NCBI GenBank assembly: GCA_018716225.1 | Contig: DVKE01000042.1 | Span: 1 to 60,101 of the forward strand | Length of the DNA: 60,101 nucleotides | From: Candidatus Onthousia faecigallinarum | Lineage (GTDB): Bacteria; Bacillota_I; Bacilli_A; RF39; UBA660 | Direction: 5' to 3' | In this document: piece after piece, positions 19,873 to 29,125 of the stretch | Layout of the letters: every line of letters starts with the position of its first letter | Numbering within the stretch: position 1 is the stretch's first letter | Translations under genes and position numbers: made by a program | Notes under the pieces: generated by a model | Database searches by the model: none | The model's input: the letters and a program-made list of their open reading frames with translations, nothing else | Told to the model about the DNA's origin: nothing

Positions 19873-20418
19873 ATGGAGGTGTTAACTATCGCAAAGGATA
19901 AGAATAGCCAGATGATCAATGAGGATATCACGGCCAAGGAAGTCTTAGTGATCGGTCCAAATGGAGAACAAGTAGGAATCAAATCAAGAGAAGATGCTCT
20001 TACGCTTGCTCGTTATGCTAATTTGGACTTGGTTATGATGAATCCAAATGGTAATCCACCAGTTTGTAAGGTCATGGATTACAATAAGTATCGTTATGAA
20101 CGGCGTAAGAAGGAAAAAGATGCTTTAAAGAAGCAAAGAGCAAATCAGGCGGAATTAAAAGAGTTTCGTCTTTCCCCTGTAATTGATGTAGGTGATTTTG
20201 AGACAAAATTAAAAAATGTTTTAAAATACTTGAAAAAAGGGGATAAAATTAAACTTTCGATTCGTTTTAAAGGAAGACAAATGGCTCATACAGAATTAGG
20301 GCAAGAGGTTTTGGAGCGCTTTGCAAATCGCACCTTGGAATATGCAGAAATTAGTGAAAAGCCAAAACTAGATGGTCGGACCATGACGATGATGTTAGTG
20401 CCAAAAAAAGATAAGTAG
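19873..20418 (+). CDS. infC: Translation initiation factor IF-3
   Basis: INEDITAKEVLVIGPNGEQVGI and the C-terminal domain. The true start may be the in-frame ATC at 19888, 6 nt after GGAGGTG, which would place the track ATG inside the RBS. Confidence 0.9.
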   Translation: MEVLTIAKDKNSQMINEDITAKEVLVIGPNGEQVGIKSREDALTLARYANLDLVMMNPNGNPPVCKVMDYNKYRYERRKKEKDALKKQRANQAELKEFRLSPVIDVGDFETKLKNVLKYLKKGDKIKLSIRFKGRQMAHTELGQEVLERFANRTLEYAEISEKPKLDGRTMTMMLVPKKDK

Positions 20419-20429
20419 GAGGAGATATT

Positions 20430-20618
20430 ATGCCAAAAATAAAAACACATAAAGGAACAAAAAAGGTATTAAAAGTAAGAAAAGGTGGCAGTATCAAAAT
20501 TGGACGTCCAGGAAGTCGTCACAATACAGGATACAAACCCACAAAAGTAAATCGTAAAAATAGAAAGGGATCAAACTTAAGTAAAGCGGATCAAAATCGT
20601 TTAAAGAATATTATTTAG
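20430..20618 (+). CDS. rpmI: 50S ribosomal protein L35
   Basis: MPKIKTHKGTKKVLKV..., 62 aa. Confidence 0.95.
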   Translation: MPKIKTHKGTKKVLKVRKGGSIKIGRPGSRHNTGYKPTKVNRKNRKGSNLSKADQNRLKNII

Positions 20619-20640
20619 TTTGATTTAAGGAGGAGATATT

Positions 20641-21225
20641 ATGGCAAGAGTGAAAAATGGAGCGACAACAAAAGCTCGTCATAAAAAAGTATTAAAACAG
20701 GCGAAAGGATATTTTGGAAGTAAACATAGACTTTATAAGAGTGCGAAAGAACAATTAATGCATTCGGGACAATATGCTTTTCGTGATAGAAAACAAAAGA
20801 AAAGAGAATTTCGTAAATTATGGATTACTCGTATTAATGCAGCCTGCCGTGAAAATGGCATTAGTTACTCTCGTTTTATTGAGGGGTTAAATAAAGCTGG
20901 AGTTGAAGTAAACCGTAAAATGTTATCTGAAATTGCAATACATGATGAAAAAGCATTTCAAGAGCTTGTAGAAATAGCCAAGAAAGGAAAAGAAGGAAAA
21001 GTAACCCCTAGTACGGCTTTAAAAGGACAAGAAGTTATTGTTGAAAGTAAAGCAGGAAAAGAAGAAAAGGAATCTACGACCTCAAAAGAAGAAACAAAAA
21101 CAGAAGAAGAAAAAGTAGATTATAGTAAAATGACAGTTGCCGAATTAAAAGAAGAAGCAAAGAAGAAAAATGTTTCTGTAACCGGAATGAAGAAAGCTGA
21201 CATCATTGCAGCTTTAGAAAAATAA
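20641..21225 (+). CDS. rplT: 50S ribosomal protein L20 with a ~80-aa C-terminal extension ending in a Rho_N/SAP-like module
   Basis: [26 protein letters not shown] is the canonical L20 start (about 115 aa). It is followed by a K/E-rich linker and [36 protein letters not shown]. Confidence 0.9.
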   Translation: MARVKNGATTKARHKKVLKQAKGYFGSKHRLYKSAKEQLMHSGQYAFRDRKQKKREFRKLWITRINAACRENGISYSRFIEGLNKAGVEVNRKMLSEIAIHDEKAFQELVEIAKKGKEGKVTPSTALKGQEVIVESKAGKEEKESTTSKEETKTEEEKVDYSKMTVAELKEEAKKKNVSVTGMKKADIIAALEK

Positions 21226-21241
21226 ACATATTTTGGAATTT

Positions 21242-21272
21242 AGTTATCGAGTGCCTATTGGTGATAACTTTT
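21242..21272 (+). terminator. Weak hairpin between rplT and rpsB
   Basis: AGTTATC (21242-21248) pairs with GATAACT (21263-21269), followed by a short T-run. Confidence 0.3.
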
Positions 21273-21313
21273 AGAACAAAATAGAAGAAATAACGAAAAG
21301 GAGAAGAAAAAAT

Positions 21314-22282
21314 ATGACTGTTGTATCAATGAATTATTTATTAGAAGCTGGTGTTCATTTTGGACATCAAAAAAGAAGATGGAATCCGAAGATGAAGGAG
21401 TACATCTACACAACTCGTGATGATATTTATATTATCGATTTAAAGAAAGCGGTAGAGTGTATTGAAAAAGCATATGAGGCTTTAAAGAAGATTGTAGAGG
21501 ATGGAGGACAAGTTTTATTTGTAGGAACGAAGAAACAAGCTCAAGAAGCAGCGGAAGAAAATGCGGTTCGTACGAATATGTTCTTTGTAAATGAAAGATG
21601 GTTAGGGGGGACCTTAACAAACTTTAAAACGATTCGTTCTCGTGTTAAGAGAATGGAAGAAATTGAAAAGATGGAAGAAGACGGAACTTTTGATTTGTTA
21701 CCAAAGAAAGAAGTGATTGGTCTTAAGAAAGAATATGAGAAATTAAATAAGAATTTAAGAGGAATTCGGGATATGAAAAAGCTTCCTAATGCTTTAATTA
21801 TTGTTGATCCTAGAAAAGAAGAAATTGCAATCAAAGAGGCTCATATTTTAGGAATTCCAGTATTTGGTGTGGTTGACACAAACTGTGATCCGGATATGGT
21901 TGATTATGTTATTCCAGGAAATGATGATGCAGTTCGTTCTGTTAAGCTATTAATTGGGGCTTTAAGCAATGCAATTGCCGAAGTAAATGGTAATGAGATC
22001 ATTGACTATGTTAGTGATGAAGATAAGAATAAAGAAGCAAAGAAAGCGCCAAAGCAAGAGAAAAAAGTAGATAAGAAACAAGAACAAGAAGAAATAAAAG
22101 AAACTTCAAAAGTTGAAGAAAAAGAAGAAAAAAAGAAAGAAGTTGTCGAGAAGAAAGAAGAGGCAAAAGTTGATTATAATGAATTAACTTTAGCAGAATT
22201 AAAATCTATGGCCAAAGAGGCTGGAGTTAAGGGATATTCTTCTATGAAAAAAGCAGATCTTGTTGCAGCTTTAGAAAAATAA
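21314..22282 (+). CDS. rpsB: 30S ribosomal protein S2 with a ~75-aa C-terminal extension ending in a Rho_N/SAP-like module
   Basis: [19 protein letters not shown] is the S2 signature. It is followed by a K/E-rich linker and [37 protein letters not shown]. Confidence 0.9.
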   Translation: MTVVSMNYLLEAGVHFGHQKRRWNPKMKEYIYTTRDDIYIIDLKKAVECIEKAYEALKKIVEDGGQVLFVGTKKQAQEAAEENAVRTNMFFVNERWLGGTLTNFKTIRSRVKRMEEIEKMEEDGTFDLLPKKEVIGLKKEYEKLNKNLRGIRDMKKLPNALIIVDPRKEEIAIKEAHILGIPVFGVVDTNCDPDMVDYVIPGNDDAVRSVKLLIGALSNAIAEVNGNEIIDYVSDEDKNKEAKKAPKQEKKVDKKQEQEEIKETSKVEEKEEKKKEVVEKKEEAKVDYNELTLAELKSMAKEAGVKGYSSMKKADLVAALEK

Positions 22283-22350
22283 TTTTATAATAAAAAAGAG
22301 GGGGGAGGGCAGGTTTTTTGCTTTCCCTTTTTAATAGAAAGGAAGATAAT

Positions 22351-23238
22351 ATGTTTCAGGCAAGTGATGTTAAAGAATTAAGAGAGCGTACTGGTGCAGG
22401 AATGCTTGATTGTAAGAAAGCACTAGAAGCGAATCATGGTGATATGGAGAAATCCATTGATTGGTTAAGAGAAAAGGGAATTAGTAAGGCAGCAAAGAAA
22501 GAGAGTAGAATAGCAGCGGAAGGATTAACAGATGCTGCTTGTGAAGGGAATAAAGCAGTTTTAGTTGAAGTGAATTGTGAGACAGATTTTGTAGCGAAAA
22601 ACGAAGATTTTAAAAAGCTTGTAGCTTCTATTAAAAAGACTTTATTAGAACGTGATACTGTTTCTACGATGGAAGAGGCAAATGTTCTTGTTATGGTAGA
22701 TTCGAATGAAACTATTCAAGAAGCGGTTGTTAATTTTACTGCGAAAATTGGAGAAAAAATTTCTTTCCGTCGTTTTGAAATTCTTGAAAAAACAGACAAT
22801 CAAACTTTTGGAATTTATTCTCATTTAGGTGGAAAAATTACAGCAGTTGTTGTTTTAGAAGGTTGTGGACAAGACATTGCCAAAGAAGTAGCAATGCATG
22901 TTGCAGCAATGGCTCCTGTTTGTATTCGTCGGGCTCAAGTTCCACAAGATATGGTTGAACGGGAATCAAATGTCATCAAAGAACAAGTTATGAACGAAGG
23001 AAAACCAGCAGATATTGCTGAGAAAATGGTAGCGGGACGTTTAAATAAGTTTTATAAAGAAATTTGTTTAGAGGAACAAGAATTTATTAAAGATTCTAGT
23101 ATGAATGTTTTAACATTTGTAAAGAACAATGGTGGTAGTATTATTGCTATGGTTCGTTATCAAGTAGGAGAGGGCATTGAAAAGAAACAGGAAGATTTTG
23201 CAAGCGAAGTTATGAGTCAAATCAATGCAACGAAATAA
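22351..23238 (+). CDS. tsf: Elongation factor Ts
   Basis: VKELRERTGAGMLDCKKALE UBA-like N-terminus. The ATG at 22351 follows GGAAG. Confidence 0.95.
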   Translation: MFQASDVKELRERTGAGMLDCKKALEANHGDMEKSIDWLREKGISKAAKKESRIAAEGLTDAACEGNKAVLVEVNCETDFVAKNEDFKKLVASIKKTLLERDTVSTMEEANVLVMVDSNETIQEAVVNFTAKIGEKISFRRFEILEKTDNQTFGIYSHLGGKITAVVVLEGCGQDIAKEVAMHVAAMAPVCIRRAQVPQDMVERESNVIKEQVMNEGKPADIAEKMVAGRLNKFYKEICLEEQEFIKDSSMNVLTFVKNNGGSIIAMVRYQVGEGIEKKQEDFASEVMSQINATK

Positions 23239-23243
23239 GAACG

Positions 23244-23768
23244 ATGAAAAAGTGGTTGGTTCTTGGGTGTGTTTTTCTTTTCGGTTTTCTTGTTGCAACG
23301 AATTGTAAAGTAAAAAAAGTAGAAGAAGTCACAGATTCTGAGAGAGTATCTTTGGAGTATTATAATAGTGTATCAGCGAATAACCCTTTTCAATATGTTG
23401 ATTTAGATGGGGCAGTTTCTTTGTTACAACAGAATGGTATTCTTTATATTGGATATCCTGAAAGCGATGCTTCCAAGGAAATTGTTTCTGTTTTAACTGA
23501 GGTATGTAAGGGAAGTAATTTTACAGTTTCTTATTTCAATCCTAAGGGAGAGGAAGAGAAAGAAAAGTATCAAACTCTTTTGGATACTCTTCATGTAGAT
23601 GAGTTAGTGATTCCATCGGTTTATTTTGTAAAAGATGGACAAATTCTTTTGAAAGATACTTCTTTTGCAAAAGAAAATTTTGATTATTATACCAAAGAAG
23701 AACGAGAAAAATTAAAAGAAAAATATCAGAAAATGATGGATAAATATGCTTTAGAGATGGCATCTTAA
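23244..23768 (+). CDS. Putative lipoprotein (thioredoxin-fold-like, no CxxC)
   Basis: Signal peptide with lipobox LVATNC, 174 aa. Confidence 0.5.
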   Translation: MKKWLVLGCVFLFGFLVATNCKVKKVEEVTDSERVSLEYYNSVSANNPFQYVDLDGAVSLLQQNGILYIGYPESDASKEIVSVLTEVCKGSNFTVSYFNPKGEEEKEKYQTLLDTLHVDELVIPSVYFVKDGQILLKDTSFAKENFDYYTKEEREKLKEKYQKMMDKYALEMAS

Positions 23769-23800
23769 ATTTTTCCATAGAAAAAGTTAGCTTTTTTTAG

Positions 23801-24980
23801 CTAGCTTTTTTTGGCGATTAATTTAATTTTAATTTTGGCTTTTGTTTCTTGATATTGATTTTTAAATTCTTTTGTTTTTTCGGGGAGAGTTTGGGCTGCT
23901 TTGAGAAATTTTTTGGCTGTGTTTGGATAGTTTTGTTCAGCTAACAGAAGGGCAACATCTAAAATAAGAAAGGCTTTTTCTTGATTTTCCATATTTAATT
24001 CTACTACGTAGGTTTCGATTTGGTCTAATTTATCTTGCTGATCGGAATGGAGTAAGGATTCTACGGTGTCTAGATTTTCTTGGTAAGGCTTTTCTTTTTG
24101 TTCAAAGATGTCTCCATATTCTTTGGATAGTCTTTGTCCTTCATAGTAATCAAAGATAGGGTTTTGAAGAACTCTTTCAATATCCGCTTCTTTTTCTAGG
24201 GAAAGATGGGGATTATGATAGGCTTTTTGTAATATTTTGTATTTTAAACGGGTAATACTGTGTAATGCTTGACGATATTTTGCTTGTTCTTCTTCTGTTT
24301 TTTCTTTCGAAGCCAGTAAGATTTCTTTTGCTTTTTCTTGTTGCTTGATAAAAGTATAGAAGAAAGTGAAGAAGGCTTTTTGTGATTCTTTTTCAGGATT
24401 ACTTCGATAAAATTTATATTGTTCCAAATAAGGAAGTGCTTCCCTTGCTTCTTTTTCATTATAAGCTAAAAAAAGGTAGCACTGTATGATATGATAGTAG
24501 TCATAGGCGTTATAAGGGTTGATACTAACTGCTTTTTTATATTCTTTAATGGCTGCCGGAAAGTACGCTAGTTTTTGATACATTAAGCCTCTTAAAGAAT
24601 GATACATGGTATCCTCTTCTTTGTCTATAAGATTTTCTAATTCTTTAAAAAGTGGTTCTAGTTCTTTTTTGTTGATTGTGCCATGTAATAATTCAACAAT
24701 TTCTTTGTATAAATTTCTAATTCTTTTATCCTCGTTTTGTTGAATTTTTTTTTAAATTTATAAACTTGACCAAAAGGAGCATATTCTTGCTTCTCTCTTT
24801 TACAAGCAAAGCAGTATTCTTCCAAATATTTTAAAGCTTCTTTTTCATTTCCTTTGTTTAACTCTTGTTCATATTGTTGATAAAGCTCTTCTTTGGAAAG
24901 ATTTTCTCCTTTTTTTGATCTTTTCCTTTTTCTTCTTTTTGACTTGTTTTCATTGGTTTAAATAATTCGTTTAATTTCAT
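23801..24980 (-). pseudogene. TPR-like repeat protein gene interrupted by two apparent homopolymer frameshifts (intact 3' part is 23801-24607)
   Basis: Helical-repeat sequence continues upstream of the 268-aa ORF in two other frames back to the ATG at 24980. The frame changes coincide with a T9 run (about 24755-24763) and a T7 run (about 24910-24916) on the plus strand. Confidence 0.45.
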
Positions 24981-25048
24981 GTTTATCTTGTCTCCTTTTG
25001 GTTATTATAGCATTTTTCGTTTTGCTTGCAGTAATTTTTTTCATTTTC

Positions 25049-25077
25049 TTTTCAAATTCTTTTTTTTGTGGTATAAT
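25049..25077 (+). promoter_or_regulatory. Putative typA promoter (extended -10)
   Basis: TGgTATAAT at 25069-25077. The -35 is poor. Confidence 0.35.
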
Positions 25078-25110
25078 TAGTGTCGTATTTTATGGGAGTG
25101 TGAGAACTGT

Positions 25111-26925
25111 ATGAAAAAAAGAAATGTAGCGATTATTGCGCATGTCGATCATGGGAAAACAACGTTAGTTGATGGTATTTTAAAGACTTCTGGTATGTTT
25201 CGAGATAATGAAGATATGAGTAATGTTTCGATGGATTCTAATGCTTTGGAAAAAGAAAGAGGGATTACGATTTTAGCGAAGACAACTGCTTTAGATTATA
25301 AGGGGTATCGTATTAATATTTTGGATACTCCAGGTCATGCGGATTTTGGGGGAGAAGTAGAACGTATTATGAATATGGTAGATGGTGTTTTACTAGTTGT
25401 TGATGCTTATGAAGGAGCGATGCCTCAGACACGATTTGTATTGAAAAAGGCTTTGGAGGCGAAAGTAAAGCCCATTGTAGTTGTCAATAAAGTGGATAAA
25501 CCAAGTGCTCGTTGTAGTAAAGTGGTTGATGAAGTAATCGATCTTTTTATTGAATTGGGAGCGAATGAAGATCAACTTGATTTCCCTGTTGTGTATGCGA
25601 GTGCTTTGAATGAGACTTGCAGCTTAAGTGATGATATTACTACCCAACAAAAGGGTTTTGAGCTTCTTCTTGATATGATTATTAAAGAGATTCCAGCGCC
25701 AAGTGGTTCGGTGGATGCTCCTTTACAATTTCAACCAGCTCTTTTAGATTATAATGAATTTGTTGGTCGTATTGGAATTGGCCGGGTTCATAATGGGGAA
25801 ATTCATACGGGTGAAATGGTGCGTTGTATTCGTTTGGATGGTAGTTTTAAAGAGTTTCGTATTCAAAAGTTATTTGGTTATTATGGTTATCAAAGAATTG
25901 AAATTGATAAGGCCGAAGCAGGTGATATTGTAGCGGTAGCTGGTTTACCTGATATTTCAGTAGGGGAGACGATTTGTAATGTGGGAGAAAATTTACCTTT
26001 ACCGCTTCTTCATATTGACGAACCGACCTTACAGATGACATTTGGTACCAATTCCAGTCCTTTTGTTGGAAGGGATGGAAAGCTTTTAACGGCTCGTAAA
26101 ATTGAGGATCGTCTTCGTAGGGAAACACAGAGAGATGTTAGTTTGAGAGTAGCACCAGCAACCAATGAAAGTTTTTTGGTTTCTGGTCGGGGTGAGTTGC
26201 ATTTAAGTATTTTAATTGAAAATATGCGTCGAGAAGGGTTTGAGCTTGAGGTTTCTAAGCCTAAAGTTATTATCAAAGAAATTGATGGGGTAAAACAGGA
26301 ACCGTGGGAAGACTTACAAATCGAAGTTCCAGAAGATTGTGTTGGAACGGTAATTGAACAATTAGGTAGTCGAGGTGCGGTTATGGAAAACATGACCAAT
26401 TTTGAGAATCAAGTGCGGCTTAACTATACGATTCCATCGCGGGGATTAATTGGTTTTATGACGGATTTTATGACCATTACCAAAGGCTATGGTATTATCA
26501 GTCATACCTTTAAAGAGTATCGTCCTTATGAAGCGGTTGATATTGGAGAACGTAAACTTGGAGTTTTAGTTTCGGTGGAAAATGGAACGGCAACGGCTTA
26601 TTCGATTGGAAACTTGGAGGATCGAGGTACGATGTTTATTGAACCGGGTTGTGAAGTTTATGAGGGAATGATTATAGGAGAATGCAATCGTGATAATGAT
26701 TTAGCGGTTAATGTTGTAAAGGGAAAACAACTTACCAATACAAGAGCGGCCGGATCGGATCATACCGTTGTTTTGAAACGTCCTCGTCCGATTACTTTGG
26801 AGTATGCTCTTGATTATATTAATTCGGATGAATTGGTTGAAATTACACCTCATTTCTTAAGACTTCGGAAAAAAATTTTAAATACCGAGGAGCGAAAAAA
26901 ATTTGATGCGAAAAAGACAAAATAA
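25111..26925 (+). CDS. typA: Translational GTPase TypA/BipA
   Basis: AHVDHGKTTLVD and DTPGHADFGGEVER, 604 aa with EF-G-like architecture. Confidence 0.95.
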   Translation: MKKRNVAIIAHVDHGKTTLVDGILKTSGMFRDNEDMSNVSMDSNALEKERGITILAKTTALDYKGYRINILDTPGHADFGGEVERIMNMVDGVLLVVDAYEGAMPQTRFVLKKALEAKVKPIVVVNKVDKPSARCSKVVDEVIDLFIELGANEDQLDFPVVYASALNETCSLSDDITTQQKGFELLLDMIIKEIPAPSGSVDAPLQFQPALLDYNEFVGRIGIGRVHNGEIHTGEMVRCIRLDGSFKEFRIQKLFGYYGYQRIEIDKAEAGDIVAVAGLPDISVGETICNVGENLPLPLLHIDEPTLQMTFGTNSSPFVGRDGKLLTARKIEDRLRRETQRDVSLRVAPATNESFLVSGRGELHLSILIENMRREGFELEVSKPKVIIKEIDGVKQEPWEDLQIEVPEDCVGTVIEQLGSRGAVMENMTNFENQVRLNYTIPSRGLIGFMTDFMTITKGYGIISHTFKEYRPYEAVDIGERKLGVLVSVENGTATAYSIGNLEDRGTMFIEPGCEVYEGMIIGECNRDNDLAVNVVKGKQLTNTRAAGSDHTVVLKRPRPITLEYALDYINSDELVEITPHFLRLRKKILNTEERKKFDAKKTK

Positions 26926-26926
26926 A

Positions 26927-26956
26927 ATGATGCTTGAAAAAAGCACCATTTTTTTC
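26927..26956 (+). terminator. Rho-independent terminator after typA
   Basis: ATGATGCTT/AAGCACCAT stem (one mismatch) with a 5-nt loop, followed by a T-run. Confidence 0.6.
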
Positions 26957-26961
26957 ATATT

Positions 26962-27055
26962 TGGCGGAGTGAGTGGGATTCGAACCCACGATACCCATTT
27001 TTGAGGTATAACTGATTTCGAGTCAGTCTCGTTATAACCACTTCGATATCACTCC
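26962..27055 (-). tRNA. tRNA-Ser (anticodon CGA)
   Basis: The reverse complement gives GGAGTGA acceptor, anticodon stem ACTGA/TCAGT with loop CTCGAAA, a long variable arm, T-arm GTGGG TTCGAAT CCCAC, and an encoded CCA. Confidence 0.9.
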
Positions 27056-27064
27056 ATGAAAAGG

Positions 27065-27478
27065 CTATTTGATATAACCGGCATCTTTTAATCTGCTTTC
27101 AACTTCACTATTTGATACAGAACCTACCAGACGGTGGGTGGTATCTTCTTCTCCGTCTTTAAAAAAGAGGGTCGTTGGAGTTCCGCTGATTTTACTAATG
27201 TTATTCATCTCTTCTAATTCTTCTTTGCTTAAGTCTGATAAATTAATAGAATAAGCTGTCAAGTTGTTGTCACTTAATACACTTTTTAATCGGGGTGAAA
27301 ATTCGGCACAATGAGAACATCCAGTTTGAATGACTTCTAGAATAAAGGTATCTTTGTTCTCTATTTTTCCCTTTAAAGTATCAAGGGAAATTTCTTCGAT
27401 ACTAGCGGTTGCATTACACCCTGTTAATAGGAAAGTAGCGAAAAGAATGGCTACTAGAAAGAGTATCTTTTTTTTCAT
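27065..27478 (-). CDS. Thioredoxin-like lipoprotein
   Basis: Lipobox LLTGC and redox motif CSHC (TGCSHCAEF), 137 aa. Confidence 0.75.
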   Translation of the reverse strand: MKKKILFLVAILFATFLLTGCNATASIEEISLDTLKGKIENKDTFILEVIQTGCSHCAEFSPRLKSVLSDNNLTAYSINLSDLSKEELEEMNNISKISGTPTTLFFKDGEEDTTHRLVGSVSNSEVESRLKDAGYIK

Positions 27479-27563
27479 TTACAGCACCTCTCATTGATTA
27501 TACAACGAAAAAAGATTCTTTGCAAATGTTCTAAAATAAGATATACTTATCTTAGGATTTGGG

Positions 27564-29111
27564 GTGATTCTTGTGATATTGCGAAAACCTTATGCTTTCT
27601 TGATTAAGTATTTTCAAGTGATTCATTTGGTATTACTTGTACTTTGTTCTGTTTTGTTTTATCAGTCGATTACGTTACAGAATTTTGTTCGGGATTTTAT
27701 TAGTACGGAAAGTTATAATGCCTCTTTAGAATCTGTGCATCGTTATGTGAACTTTACTAGCTATGTTGCTTTCTTTCTTCTTTTTGCTATTCTTTTCGTT
27801 TTAATGATTTTGTTACGTTATAAAAAGAAGCCGTGGAAGATTTATCTATTTATCTTTTTTGCGTATATCTTTTTGTTTATTGTTTTCCTTTATATTGCTT
27901 CTTTCTTTGATCGCTACGATGTAACTTCTTCTATGACTACAATTATGGCAGGACGAGATTTGCTGTTCTTAGCGACATTACCTCAGTATTTGGTTTTTGT
28001 TGTTTTTGCGATTCGTTTGCTTGGTCTTGATTTAAAACAGTTTGGCTTTAAAAAAGACGAGGAATATCTTGATGTTAAAGAAGAAGATCGGGAAGAGTTT
28101 GAGGTAAATATTTCTTTTGATAAGGAAAGTATTGTTCGTAAAATAAAAAGCTTTTTTCGTCAAGTTAAATATGTTTATGTGGAACACCGCTTCCTTTGCA
28201 ATAGTTTAATCATTGCTTTGGTACTTGGTATTTCCCTTTATTGTGTTTATTATTTTGCCTATGTTTTAAAAGTATATCGGGAAGGGGATGCTTTTACAGC
28301 AAATTCTTATCAAATAGAAGTACAACATAGTTATTTGACGAATACGGATACCAATGGGGATCTCATTACTTCAGGAGATAGGGCTTATCTTGTGGTGGAT
28401 GTGTCGGTGAAAAATGTAGGAAGTGCTCGTACTTTAAATTTGGATCGCTTTCATTTGATGAATCGCAGTGAGGCTTTTTCACAGGTTACCAATCAATATG
28501 CTGCTTTTGCGGATTTAGGGAATAGTTATTCGGGTCGAAAATTAGAACATAATGATAGTGTTCGTTTCCTTTTGGTTTATCCTGTTTCTACTTCTTTGGA
28601 TGCAAAGCATTACATTTTATATTATCAAGATGTTGATAAAAATTTATCGATCAAAAAAATTCAATTAAATGTCGATGATGTTTTAGAAATAAAAAATAAA
28701 GAGGAATATTCTCTTTCCAATGAAGTTATTTTCCCGACAGGGGACAATTTAGCGATTCTTTCCGCTTCGATCGTTAACTCTGCTACTTATAGTACGTATC
28801 GTTGTGATGATGTGGGATGTTCAATTCGACAAGAGGTTATTTCGGTTCCTGATAGACAGATTTTAGAGTTAACTTACATTAGCGATAGTTTTGAAGGAAA
28901 GACTTTTGTTGACTTTTTACAAAGATATGCTAAAATGAAGTATAGGAATATAGAGAATAAAGAGGTTACTGTAGATATTACAAGTGCGGTGAAAAGAGAT
29001 TATTATGGAAATCGAGCATTTTTGACTTTACCAAATGATATAGCTTCCGATAGTTCTTTGGATCTTGTATTTGTGTTTCGGGATCAACAATATATCTATC
29101 ATTTACAGTAG
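27564..29111 (+). CDS. Polytopic membrane protein with a C-terminal extracytoplasmic beta-rich (DUF4352-like) domain
   Basis: About 5 N-terminal TM segments, then YLVVDVSVKNVGSARTLNLDRFHLMN, typical of DUF4352-type Ig-like domains. It is the first ORF of the island. Confidence 0.5.
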   Translation: MILVILRKPYAFLIKYFQVIHLVLLVLCSVLFYQSITLQNFVRDFISTESYNASLESVHRYVNFTSYVAFFLLFAILFVLMILLRYKKKPWKIYLFIFFAYIFLFIVFLYIASFFDRYDVTSSMTTIMAGRDLLFLATLPQYLVFVVFAIRLLGLDLKQFGFKKDEEYLDVKEEDREEFEVNISFDKESIVRKIKSFFRQVKYVYVEHRFLCNSLIIALVLGISLYCVYYFAYVLKVYREGDAFTANSYQIEVQHSYLTNTDTNGDLITSGDRAYLVVDVSVKNVGSARTLNLDRFHLMNRSEAFSQVTNQYAAFADLGNSYSGRKLEHNDSVRFLLVYPVSTSLDAKHYILYYQDVDKNLSIKKIQLNVDDVLEIKNKEEYSLSNEVIFPTGDNLAILSASIVNSATYSTYRCDDVGCSIRQEVISVPDRQILELTYISDSFEGKTFVDFLQRYAKMKYRNIENKEVTVDITSAVKRDYYGNRAFLTLPNDIASDSSLDLVFVFRDQQYIYHLQ

Positions 29112-29125
29112 AAAGGAAGGTAGCG

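Noticed and set aside
26962-27563. tRNA-Ser as the integration site of the Tad/T4SS island.
   Set aside because: The tRNA 3' end points away from the island and a thioredoxin-like gene intervenes. I found no repeat of the tRNA 3' portion near 53.7 kb, and the island has no integrase. The insertion mechanism remains unknown.
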